Notes under the pieces: generated by a model
Told to the model about the DNA's origin: nothing
Databases searched by the model: none
Seen by the model: only the letters and a program-made list of their open reading frames with translations
Made by a program: the position numbers and the translations under genes
Part shown: one piece after another, positions 17,629 to 25,641 of the stretch
Position numbering within the stretch: the stretch's first letter is position 1
Layout: every line of letters starts with the position of its first letter
Source of the DNA: Clostridia bacterium
GTDB lineage: Bacteria > Bacillota > Clostridia > UBA1381 > UMGS1253
Direction: 5' to 3'
NCBI GenBank assembly: GCA_045546315.1
Contig: JAZQCN010000059.1
Coordinates: forward strand, 136,510-200,509
DNA length: 64,000 nt

Positions 17629-18828
17629 TTATTCGTTGATAATTGCAATCTTAAGACCTTCCATCTTAAGGTTGACCTCATGCGCTTCGTTAATCTTCTC
17701 GAGCGGGAATCGGTGTGTAATCAAATCCGCAAGCGGAAGACCGATGCCCTTTGCACGCTTCAGAAAATCGAAGGTCGTTGCGTAGTCACGCAGAGTGTAT
17801 ACCCAGGAACCAACGATTGTAAGCTCCTTCGAGCAGATATCAAAGTGCGGATTGATGGTTGCATCGCCGCCGTTGATAAAGAAGCCAAGCTCACAAAGAC
17901 CGCCGCCGTGACGAACGAACTTGTAGATGTTGCTGTGTGCAATCGGGGAGCCTGTGCACTGGAAGGCAAAGTCTGCCGGATAGCCGCCAAACGAAGCCTC
18001 TACAGCCTTGGTCAGCTCCTCAATGCCCTTGTGGTCTTTAAAATTAACCGTTGCTGTTGCGCCCATCTTCTTTGCAAACTCGAGACGCTTCTGCTCACCA
18101 TCTACTGCGGTGATGTTTTCAATGCCCATTGTGCGCAGAATTGCGATACACAACAGACCAATCGGACCGCAGCCCTGTACAGCCACACGACTGTTAAAGC
18201 GCAGAATGCCGGTTGTCTTTGCTCTCTCTACCGCGTGGATAAGCACCGCACTCGGCTCAATTAAGATTCTGGAATCCAAATCCAAATCGCTTACATTAAA
18301 CACTGTGCTGCCGCCGCGGATTACAATATAATCAGCGAACCAGCCGTTTAAATGCGTATCATCATCCGGGATAAGACCGTATACATCGGCACCGCCGACA
18401 TTTTGCTTGTTTAAATCAAACATCGTAATGTCCGGATTGTCTTTGAAAATCATACAGGTAACAACCTTGTCACCGATGTTCAGTGCTTTACCTGCACTGT
18501 CCTTCGTAACATTTTTACCCATCTTTACGATTTCACCAGTACCCTCATGGCCGAGAACAACCGGAATCAAACCGAACGGATCACGCTTAAACTCGTGTGC
18601 ATCCGTGCCACAGATACCGCAGCCTTCTACTTTTACTAAAATATCATCATCCCCAAGCTGCGGAATCGGAAATTCCTTGATGTCGTAGTGCTCCAGCTTT
18701 GTCAGCATTGCTGCCTTACTGGTTGCCGGCACTGCGCCCGCCGCCTTCGGCGCTGCTGCAGTGTTGCCGCCCAGCTCGGAAAGCACCTGCTGAACAATGG
18801 CTTGAATTTTATCTTGCTCTATATTCAT
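17629..18828 (-). CDS. Zn-dependent medium-chain alcohol dehydrogenase with N-terminal encapsulation-peptide-like helix
   Basis: CGICGTDAHEF, GHEGTGEIV, and Rossmann motif VQGCGPIGLL. ATG 18828 has GAAAGGAGAAAAGAA upstream. N-terminus MNIEQDKIQAIVQQVLSELGG is followed by an Ala/Pro linker. Confidence 0.85.
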   Translation of the reverse strand: MNIEQDKIQAIVQQVLSELGGNTAAAPKAAGAVPATSKAAMLTKLEHYDIKEFPIPQLGDDDILVKVEGCGICGTDAHEFKRDPFGLIPVVLGHEGTGEIVKMGKNVTKDSAGKALNIGDKVVTCMIFKDNPDITMFDLNKQNVGGADVYGLIPDDDTHLNGWFADYIVIRGGSTVFNVSDLDLDSRILIEPSAVLIHAVERAKTTGILRFNSRVAVQGCGPIGLLCIAILRTMGIENITAVDGEQKRLEFAKKMGATATVNFKDHKGIEELTKAVEASFGGYPADFAFQCTGSPIAHSNIYKFVRHGGGLCELGFFINGGDATINPHFDICSKELTIVGSWVYTLRDYATTFDFLKRAKGIGLPLADLITHRFPLEKINEAHEVNLKMEGLKIAIINE

Positions 18829-19197
18829 TTCTTTTCTCCTTTCTATCGCTTTTTGCGCTGTCTGTATAATGAAAACAACTTTGCCGCCACATTGCTGCGG
18901 CAAGCTTTTTGCCTGTGCCTCCGTTACGCGGCATAGGATAAACTTATGCTGCATAACGCTTTTTGCGCCGATGCCCGTAAGCACCGCAGACAGCGGTTTT
19001 GCAGTATGCGCGCTGCTTAAAAGCGTTTCGCACTCCTGCCTTGAAGCGGCGTAGCCGCCGCATGCAATCAAATGATAAATCAGTTCGCTCGCTTGCCGGG
19101 CATCTGCATAAGCACAGACCGCCTGCATCCCGCTTTCGGCAATTTGCTGTGCGGTTTTCTTTAAATCAGATGCATCGCCCGGATAAAACTTAATCAC
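18829..19197 (-). CDS. uncharacterised 123-codon reading frame continuous (no stop) with the downstream ADH
   Basis: GTG 19197 overlaps the GlcG stop (GGTGATTAA). The frame runs VIKFYPGDASDLKKTAQQIAESGMQAVCAYADARQ...KVVFIIQTAQKAIERRKE straight into MNIEQ of the ADH. It has an alpha/beta-like pattern and no family is recognised. Confidence 0.4.
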
Positions 19198-19675
19198 CGA
19201 TGAGCTCCTCGCAAATACTTGCGCCGAATGCACCGAGCGCCGTATCCTGCGGTTCTGTTCCGCCGGAAACGCCGATGCTGCCAATCAGCTGGCCGCCTGC
19301 ATAGAGCGGTTCTCCGCCGCCGAAAATCACGATTCTGCCGCCGTTGGTGTGCTGTATACCATACAGCGGGCCACCCGGCGCCGCGAGCTTTGCAAGCTCT
19401 ACTGTTTTCATTTTCAGCGCTGCCGAGGTGTATGCCTTATTGACCGCTATGTCATAGCTGGCGATATAAGCATCGTCCATGCTGACAACCGCTACGGTAT
19501 TTGCGCCCTTATCCGCAATTGCGATAACGGCCTTCACACCGACGCGCGCAGCCTCTTCCTCCACCCGGGCAATGATTTTCTTTGCAAGTGCGAGCGACAT
19601 CTTTGGCAAAGCCTTGGCCTCCAGCACGCTTTTCGCAACGGAGACCGCAATTTGTTCAAGGTCTGCACGATTCAT
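19190..19675 (-). CDS. GlcG/HbpS/PduO-C-terminal (DUF336) heme-binding-like protein
   Basis: Motif GGGEPLYAGGQLIGSIGVSGG. Trimmed to ATG 19675. N-terminal helix NRADLEQIAVSVAKSVLEA is encapsulation-peptide-like. Confidence 0.85.
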   Translation of the reverse strand: MNRADLEQIAVSVAKSVLEAKALPKMSLALAKKIIARVEEEAARVGVKAVIAIADKGANTVAVVSMDDAYIASYDIAVNKAYTSAALKMKTVELAKLAAPGGPLYGIQHTNGGRIVIFGGGEPLYAGGQLIGSIGVSGGTEPQDTALGAFGASICEELIGD

Positions 19676-19709
19676 GCCGTTAACCTCGCTTTTCTTTATG
19701 TATTTTAAA

Positions 19710-20516
19710 TTATTTACCCATCTGCTCGAGTACCTTTTTGGTAATCTCGGCAATCAAAGCAGCGTCATCGCCTGCTGCACCTTTACCATGACCGCCGCAT
19801 GCGCCGCAGCTATGGCAGCTGGACTTGCCGTTCTTTGCATTCGGGCAAAGGTCTGCCGGATGCTTACCGGTCATACCGAACTGGCGTCTGATTTCATACA
19901 GACGCTCTACCTGAGACTGCGAAAGCTCCTTCGGGCCGCCGAGTGCCTTTGCGTGGTAGAGAAGCTGTGCATAAAACTCTAACGATTCCATCTTGTGATA
20001 TGCAGAGAGCAGGGAATCCGAGAAGGAGAGTGCACCGTGGTTTGCCAGGAGCACTGCATCATAGTGCTGCAGATACTTTTCTACTGCATCCGGAATTTCG
20101 TTTGTGGACGGTGTGCCGTATTCAGCAATCGGTACACAGCCAAGTGCGATAACCGCTTCCGGCATAATCGGCTGTGTCAGCGGAATGCCTGCAATCGCAA
20201 AGCTGGTTGCATAAATCGGATGTGCGTGCACAACGCTCTTTACATCCGGACGCTGCGCATATACGCGCATATGCATCTTAATTTCAGAGGACGGCTTGAA
20301 GTTGCCGTTTGCCTGAATTACATTACCGTTCTTGTCCACTTTGCAGATATACTCCGGTGTCATAAATCCCTTGCTCACGCCTGTCGGTGTGCACAAAAAC
20401 TCATTGTCGGAAAGCTTAACAGAAATGTTACCGTCGTTAGAAGCAACCATGCCTCTGTCATAAATACGCTTACCGATTTCACAAATTTGTTTTTTAATCT
20501 CGAATTCAGAAACCAT
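19710..20516 (-). CDS. class II aldolase (fuculose/rhamnulose-1-phosphate aldolase family) with C-terminal Cys/Gly linker and amphipathic helix
   Basis: Aldolase_II core (VVHAHPIYATSFA). C-terminal tail CPNAKNGKSSCHSCGACGGHGKGAAGDDAALIAEITKKVLEQMGK. Confidence 0.9.
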   Translation of the reverse strand: MVSEFEIKKQICEIGKRIYDRGMVASNDGNISVKLSDNEFLCTPTGVSKGFMTPEYICKVDKNGNVIQANGNFKPSSEIKMHMRVYAQRPDVKSVVHAHPIYATSFAIAGIPLTQPIMPEAVIALGCVPIAEYGTPSTNEIPDAVEKYLQHYDAVLLANHGALSFSDSLLSAYHKMESLEFYAQLLYHAKALGGPKELSQSQVERLYEIRRQFGMTGKHPADLCPNAKNGKSSCHSCGACGGHGKGAAGDDAALIAEITKKVLEQMGK

Positions 20517-20570
20517 TTTTATTCTCCCTTTCTTTTTTGTTTTTCTGTGATTTCATAAATTTACATCTAT

Positions 20571-20599
20571 ATAATAACACCACAATGTGGTATTGTCAA
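20571..20599 (-). promoter_or_regulatory. candidate internal sigma-A promoter with palindromic operator upstream of the aldolase gene
   Basis: On the minus strand, TTGACA (20599-20594), a 17-nt spacer, then TATTAT (20576-20571). The spacer contains the perfect palindrome ACCACA-A-TGTGGT (20579-20591). Confidence 0.5.
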
Positions 20600-20644
20600 C
20601 ATTTTTCTTTGGTTTTTGTTTGTTTTATCTGTGTTTTTCTTTTT

Positions 20645-21070
20645 TTAACTTTTTAAATGTGATAATATCGCATCCACACCTTCGCCGGTTACGGAATTTA
20701 CAAAGAAGATTTTTTTGCAGCCGGACAGCCTGAGCCACGCCGCTGCGCGTTCCGGATTGGCATCCGGTGCATCAATTTTTGTAACAATACCGACCACTTC
20801 GCGATTCACCATACAGGTACAGTTTGGCGGAAACATCGAATAATCCTCCGTTGCCGCTAATAAAAGCCCAACCACATCCGCTTCATAGGCATACAGTGCA
20901 AGTGCCGCCGCAAGCGGTGCACTTTGCAGATATTCACCGGGGGTATCGATTAAAAAATCACCATAGGAAACATACTGCGTTTTGTGGTAGCTTGTCGGCT
21001 CCTTTTTCAGCGCCTGCGTCAGTGTTGTTTTTCCCGAGCCGCTTCTGCCCATTAAAATCAGCTTTTTCAT
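20645..21070 (-). CDS. pduV: EutP/PduV family small GTPase
   Basis: MKKLILMGRSGSGKTTLTQAL Walker A. Trimmed to ATG 21070, immediately after the upstream stop. Confidence 0.85.
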   Translation of the reverse strand: MKKLILMGRSGSGKTTLTQALKKEPTSYHKTQYVSYGDFLIDTPGEYLQSAPLAAALALYAYEADVVGLLLAATEDYSMFPPNCTCMVNREVVGIVTKIDAPDANPERAAAWLRLSGCKKIFFVNSVTGEGVDAILSHLKS

Positions 21071-21072
21071 CG

Positions 21073-21441
21073 TTATGTCCTCGTAATCGGGCAAACCGTA
21101 AACGCCAGCTTCTTTTCACAGTAATCCATCAGCGCCTCCAGCGCCGATTCTACCTGCGAGACCGTTCCGGTCACAATTAAAGTGCCCGAAAAGCGGTCTA
21201 CAAAGCCGAGCTCAATGCCGGATGCCTTTAAGGCAATATCACCGGCGATGATTGCCGTTTCACTCGGCGACATCGTCACGATACCGATTGCACCCTCGTG
21301 CAGCTCCACGGTCGGGTCCAGTCCGAGCTTTCTGTATAGAATATCATCCGGATTGGCAATAATGTGTGCCAGCGTAATTTGTTTACCCGGAACAATTTCC
21401 TGTATGATGCGCATTTTATCCTGCATCGTCAGTTCACTCAT
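21073..21441 (-). CDS. pduU: PduU/EutS-type circularly permuted BMC shell protein
   Basis: 122 aa with RIIQEIVPGKQITLAHIIANPD and GIVTMSPSETAIIAGDIALKASGIELGFVDRFSG. Confidence 0.85.
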   Translation of the reverse strand: MSELTMQDKMRIIQEIVPGKQITLAHIIANPDDILYRKLGLDPTVELHEGAIGIVTMSPSETAIIAGDIALKASGIELGFVDRFSGTLIVTGTVSQVESALEALMDYCEKKLAFTVCPITRT

Positions 21442-21444
21442 GCT

Positions 21445-22236
21445 TTAACCTCCAATTTGCGCCTTTAAGCCAACCTTTTCACATACAGCCTTCAGCTTTT
21501 CCATATGACTCTCGCTCGGCGTTTCGATGTGCTGCATTGTGTATTCTCTGCCGAGTGCCGCATATTTGTCGGAACCGAACGGGTGATAGGGGAGAAGGTG
21601 AATTTCCTTCACATTCGGAAGCGACGCCGCAAAGCGGGCGATTTCTTCAATCTCTTCCGCCGTATCATTAAAGGTCGGAATTACCGGCACGCGGATAATC
21701 AGCTCCTTCGCCACCCTTGCAATCTTTTGCGCGTTTTCCAAAATGCGCTTGTTTGGCTTCGTGGTGAAGGCTTCGTGCTTTTCGGAATTGATGTGCTTAA
21801 TATCCATTAAGTACAAATCCAGATACGGCAAAAGCTTTTCGATCACCTCAAAGCTTGCAAAGCCCGTTGATTCCATCGCGGTATGTATGCCGTACAGCTT
21901 ACACGATTTTAATATCGCGACCGCGAAATCCGGTTGCAGGAGCGACTCGCCGCCCGAAAGCGTAACACCGCCGCCACTGCGCTTGTAATACGGCATATCC
22001 TTTATGATTTTCGCCATAACCTCATCTACCGTTACATCCTGACCGACGGTTTTTGTTTTGCCGTTTTGCACCATTGTCTGGATTTTAAATTCCTGCGACT
22101 CCGGGTTGCAGCACCAGCGGCAGCGCAGTGCGCAGCCTTTTAAAAACACGATGGTTCGGATGCCCGGTCCGTCATGGACGGAAAATTTTTGTATGTTAAA
22201 AATTCTGCCTTTTACGGCACCGAGTTTATCTAACAT
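21445..22236 (-). CDS. glycyl-radical enzyme activating protein (radical SAM)
   Basis: CALRCRWCCNPES (CX3CX2C) and FSVHDGPGIRT. Confidence 0.93.
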   Translation of the reverse strand: MLDKLGAVKGRIFNIQKFSVHDGPGIRTIVFLKGCALRCRWCCNPESQEFKIQTMVQNGKTKTVGQDVTVDEVMAKIIKDMPYYKRSGGGVTLSGGESLLQPDFAVAILKSCKLYGIHTAMESTGFASFEVIEKLLPYLDLYLMDIKHINSEKHEAFTTKPNKRILENAQKIARVAKELIIRVPVIPTFNDTAEEIEEIARFAASLPNVKEIHLLPYHPFGSDKYAALGREYTMQHIETPSESHMEKLKAVCEKVGLKAQIGG

Positions 22237-22245
22237 AGCTTCTCC

Positions 22246-24768
22246 TTAGAATGTGCTCTGCTCCGTTCTGCGGATAATGTCATCCTGCAGCGACTTCGAA
22301 AGCGAGGTAAACAGTGCGCTGTAGCCTGCAACGCGAACTACAAGGTTTTTGTAGTTTTCCGGATGCTTTTGCGCATCGTAGAGCGTTTCACGGCTGACAA
22401 CATTAAACTGCATATGGCTGCCCTTCTGGTCGAAGAACGCACGAATGAGCGATACGAAATTGTCGAGTCCCTTTTCGCCCTTTAATGCCGACGGATGGAA
22501 CTTCATATTAAACAGCGTACCGTTCGAGGCAATGCCATGGTCAAGCTTCGCAACGGAGTTTGCCGCCGCGGTCGGACCGCTTACATCACGGCCTGCCACC
22601 GGCGATACACCGTCCGCCACCGGCGTGAAGGCCAATCTGCCGTCCGGAGTTGCGCCCGTCTGTGCGCCAAGCGGCACATTTGCCGAAACAGGGTATAAAC
22701 CTGCCTGGTACTGACCGCCGCGCGGGTTTGTATACTTTTCTACCGGCTTGGTGTAGGTATAAGCAACCTCACGGGCAAGCAGGTCAATTTCTTCAATATC
22801 GTTACCAAAGCGATCAAGCTTTTCGATTTCCTCTAAAATCTGAGCGCCCTTACCGGAAGCTGCCTGCGGCATCGCAGCGCTGACCTGCATATAAATCTCT
22901 GCAATTTCCTTTTCACCAACCATTTTGCCGGTTGCCGCCAGTTGACGCGCAATTTCAGTTGTCAGCTTTTGTGCATCGACGCCGTTTCCGCCGCCGAAGT
23001 TTGCTTCAAGCGCTGCCTTCAGCTCTGCCATTGTAAACTTCTTTTCTTCAAATACAAGCTTCTTTACCGCATACATTGCGTCAGCCATATTGGCAATACC
23101 GAAGCCCTGCGGACCGGTGAAGTTATAGATTGCGCCACCCTCCTGCACACTCTTGCCTCTGCCGATACAATCCTCAATCATCGAGGATAAAAATGGCAAC
23201 GGTGCACGCTGGGCGTGTGCCATATCAATTGCATTGTCTGCATTGACCATCAGCTTAATCTGGTATTCCATCTGCGCCTTATAGGCATCAAAGAATTCCT
23301 CAAAGGTTTTCATCTCGGTGACATCGCCGGTCTGAATGCTGACGGTTTCTCCGTTTTCGATACCGTTGTTAAACACAAGCTCCGAAATACGGCACATATT
23401 AAAGAACGCAGCATCGTGCCAGCCGTCGGTTTTACCGGATTTCTGCGGTTCAACGCAACCGATAATATTGTAATCACGCGCATCCTCTAAGCTTAAGCCG
23501 CGGTTTAATAATGCCGGTACGATAACCTCGTCATTATAATACGCCGGCAGACCAACACCTGTTCTTGTCAGCTCTGCGGCACGCACCAAAAACTCATGCG
23601 GCGAGCCATTCCACACGCGCACCGAGAACGACGGCTGCGGCAAAAGCACATGCATCGTTGCTTCAATACACATAAAGGATAATTCGTTTGTTGCATCTCT
23701 GCCGTCCGGTGTCTGACCGCCGGCAATCAAATTCTGGAAAGCACTGTAACCCGCAAAACCTTCTGCACTCGCCAGGTCACGCACCTTGTTGATGTCGTTA
23801 AACTTCACCCAGATACAGTCGATGTACTCCTGCGCCTGCTCGAGCGTTATTTTGCCAGCGTCAAAGTCCGCCTTAAAATACGGATACATATACTGGTCAA
23901 AGCGACCCGGACTGATGGAGTGACCGCTGGATTCTGTCTGAATCAGCATCTGTATAAACCAAAATGACTGACAAGCCTCGTAAAAGCTTCTTGCTCCATA
24001 TGCCGGAACACGCGCACAGTTTTCGGAAATCTGTCTTAATTCCGCCGCACGCTTTGCATCCGGGCAGGCCTTTGCCTCGTCTGCAGCCTGCTTACTGTAG
24101 CGATTTGCAAAGGTAATGACCGCTTCACAGCTTTCGATAACAGCCTTTAAAAAGCTCTGGCGCGCCGTATAATCACCGTCGCCGATATCGAGCTTTGCAA
24201 GCGCTGCCTTTGCTTCCTCAATAATACCGGTATAACCGATTTTCAAAACCTTACCGTAGTTAACCGTCACATGGCCTACACCATTGTAAAAATAATTGCC
24301 CGGCGTAAAAATATTGTGTGCCATAGCGGTCAATGTTTCCGGCTCCATATACGAGGTCGCAAGCTCGCTGGTTGTTCTGCCCTTCCAATACGGGTGAATT
24401 TTCTTCAGTCTTGCCTTATTTTCCTCGGAAATATAGAACGGATCGGCACTTCTTGTCGCCACCGTTTCCAGCTCAGCTTCCAGCCATTCAAACGAAAACT
24501 CTGGGAAGGTCTGGCAGGAGCGCGGACGCACCGTTGTAGAGCCGACAATCAACTCCTCCGGGCGAATGGTTACCGGAAGGTTTTCCAAAATATGACGAAA
24601 TGCCTTCGCCTTTCTTTCAATCATCGGCAGTGCCTCCGTGCGCTTAAACGACTCCGTCATCAGCTCGGCACGGTCTGCCTCAATTTGCGGCATTTCCTTG
24701 AACAAATGGTCAATCAAATGGTCAATTCTCGGACTTTTTTCAATTTTCGGAAAATTATAAAGCTGCAT
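22246..24768 (-). CDS. glycyl radical enzyme, PFL2/B12-independent diol-dehydratase family
   Basis: C-terminal RVAGYSALF glycyl-radical motif and IIGCVEPQ catalytic Cys loop. About 840 aa. The start is ambiguous (ATG 24768 or 24777; the track used TTG 24786). Confidence 0.93.
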   Translation of the reverse strand: MQLYNFPKIEKSPRIDHLIDHLFKEMPQIEADRAELMTESFKRTEALPMIERKAKAFRHILENLPVTIRPEELIVGSTTVRPRSCQTFPEFSFEWLEAELETVATRSADPFYISEENKARLKKIHPYWKGRTTSELATSYMEPETLTAMAHNIFTPGNYFYNGVGHVTVNYGKVLKIGYTGIIEEAKAALAKLDIGDGDYTARQSFLKAVIESCEAVITFANRYSKQAADEAKACPDAKRAAELRQISENCARVPAYGARSFYEACQSFWFIQMLIQTESSGHSISPGRFDQYMYPYFKADFDAGKITLEQAQEYIDCIWVKFNDINKVRDLASAEGFAGYSAFQNLIAGGQTPDGRDATNELSFMCIEATMHVLLPQPSFSVRVWNGSPHEFLVRAAELTRTGVGLPAYYNDEVIVPALLNRGLSLEDARDYNIIGCVEPQKSGKTDGWHDAAFFNMCRISELVFNNGIENGETVSIQTGDVTEMKTFEEFFDAYKAQMEYQIKLMVNADNAIDMAHAQRAPLPFLSSMIEDCIGRGKSVQEGGAIYNFTGPQGFGIANMADAMYAVKKLVFEEKKFTMAELKAALEANFGGGNGVDAQKLTTEIARQLAATGKMVGEKEIAEIYMQVSAAMPQAASGKGAQILEEIEKLDRFGNDIEEIDLLAREVAYTYTKPVEKYTNPRGGQYQAGLYPVSANVPLGAQTGATPDGRLAFTPVADGVSPVAGRDVSGPTAAANSVAKLDHGIASNGTLFNMKFHPSALKGEKGLDNFVSLIRAFFDQKGSHMQFNVVSRETLYDAQKHPENYKNLVVRVAGYSALFTSLSKSLQDDIIRRTEQSTF

Positions 24769-24804
24769 ATTCTCCATTCCTTTCAACTTCTGGAATTTTC
24801 TTGT

Positions 24805-25512
24805 TTATATATGTTCTTGCATTGTCTTCACAATGTCATCCGTTATATATTTGCATACGCTTTGCACAGCGTGCTTTGCATTGTATACAGCCACGCTGTT
24901 TTCTACACTGCGCAGCATCGGCAAATCGTTTGTATTATCGCCAAAGGCCATTGCTTCCGCTTTTTCTATGCCGTAACGGCTGAGTAAAAATTTCGTTGCG
25001 CTGCCTTTATCTATACCTTTTGCCGTAAATTCTGTTATGCGTGCATCTCCGTAAACTCGGTTAACATCCTGCGCCTCAAACTGCGGATTATAAACAACTG
25101 CCTTATAAATCGGCTCTTCGATTTCGCTGACATCACTGAATTCTACAGCATGTCCGCCGTAGTGCAGCTTCATCTCGCGCACAAAGGCATTCTGTCCTTT
25201 TACATAAGTTATGTATTTGCCCTGCAAAAGCAAGGTTTCTTCTTTATTAAACTGTGCAAGGTTTTTGATTGGCGCTTCATAAATCAGTTTTTCACCCTCG
25301 AAAATCAGCGCACCGTCACAAGCGACGAACAAAAGCTTTTCTGTAAGCGGTTCAAACAAACGCCACAGCTCGCTGATTGCTCTGCCGGAGGCAACCACAA
25401 ACGGAATTGCCTTTGCTTGCACAGCCGAAATCGCATCTAAAACCCTGAAGGCTATTCGATTTTCTGCGGCCGTCATCAGCGTGCCGTCCAAGTCTGATAA
25501 AAACATTTTCAT
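24805..25512 (-). CDS. Cof-type HAD-IIB phosphatase
   Basis: FLSDLDGTL motif I and GDNTNDLPM motif IV. ATG 25512 lies 8 nt after GGTGG. Confidence 0.85.
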   Translation of the reverse strand: MKMFLSDLDGTLMTAAENRIAFRVLDAISAVQAKAIPFVVASGRAISELWRLFEPLTEKLLFVACDGALIFEGEKLIYEAPIKNLAQFNKEETLLLQGKYITYVKGQNAFVREMKLHYGGHAVEFSDVSEIEEPIYKAVVYNPQFEAQDVNRVYGDARITEFTAKGIDKGSATKFLLSRYGIEKAEAMAFGDNTNDLPMLRSVENSVAVYNAKHAVQSVCKYITDDIVKTMQEHI

Positions 25513-25537
25513 ATACTTTTCCACCTATCCGTTTATT

Positions 25538-25566
25538 ATCATACTCCAAATCCAACAAAAAGTCAA
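25538..25566 (-). promoter_or_regulatory. candidate sigma-A promoter for the HAD-GRE transcription unit
   Basis: On the minus strand, TTGACT (25566-25561), a 17-nt spacer, then TATGAT (25543-25538). Confidence 0.5.
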
Positions 25567-25579
25567 TACAAAAACAAAA

Positions 25580-25625
25580 TAAAAAAAGAAAAACACAGAT
25601 TTTTTATTTGTTTTCTGTGTTTTTC
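25580..25625 (-). terminator. rho-independent terminator after the AraC gene
   Basis: gaaaaacacaga ... tctgtgtttttc stem, followed by a T-run on the minus strand. Confidence 0.65.
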
Positions 25626-25641
25626 CTTTTGTTTTTCAAGG

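Noticed and set aside
17629-19284. Full 551-aa track ORF as one protein starting at 19284.
   Set aside because: The first 29 codons would overlap the GlcG/DUF336 gene by about 95 nt. I keep the ADH start at 18828. The 18829-19197 part is treated separately as an open question, not the whole ORF.
20619-20639. Near-identical T-rich motif tttgtttt(at)ctgtgtttttc at 20619-20639 and 25607-25625 (partial third copy near 20537), flanking the HAD-to-PduV block like direct repeats.
   Set aside because: The motif is short, low-complexity and T-rich, and one copy is simply the descending arm of the AraC terminator. That is not enough evidence for a recombination or insertion scar.
24271-24987. 238-aa plus-strand ORF spanning the GRE 5' end and the HAD 3' end.
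   Set aside because: It is antisense to two well-supported genes and crosses their intergenic spacer, with no SD or motifs.
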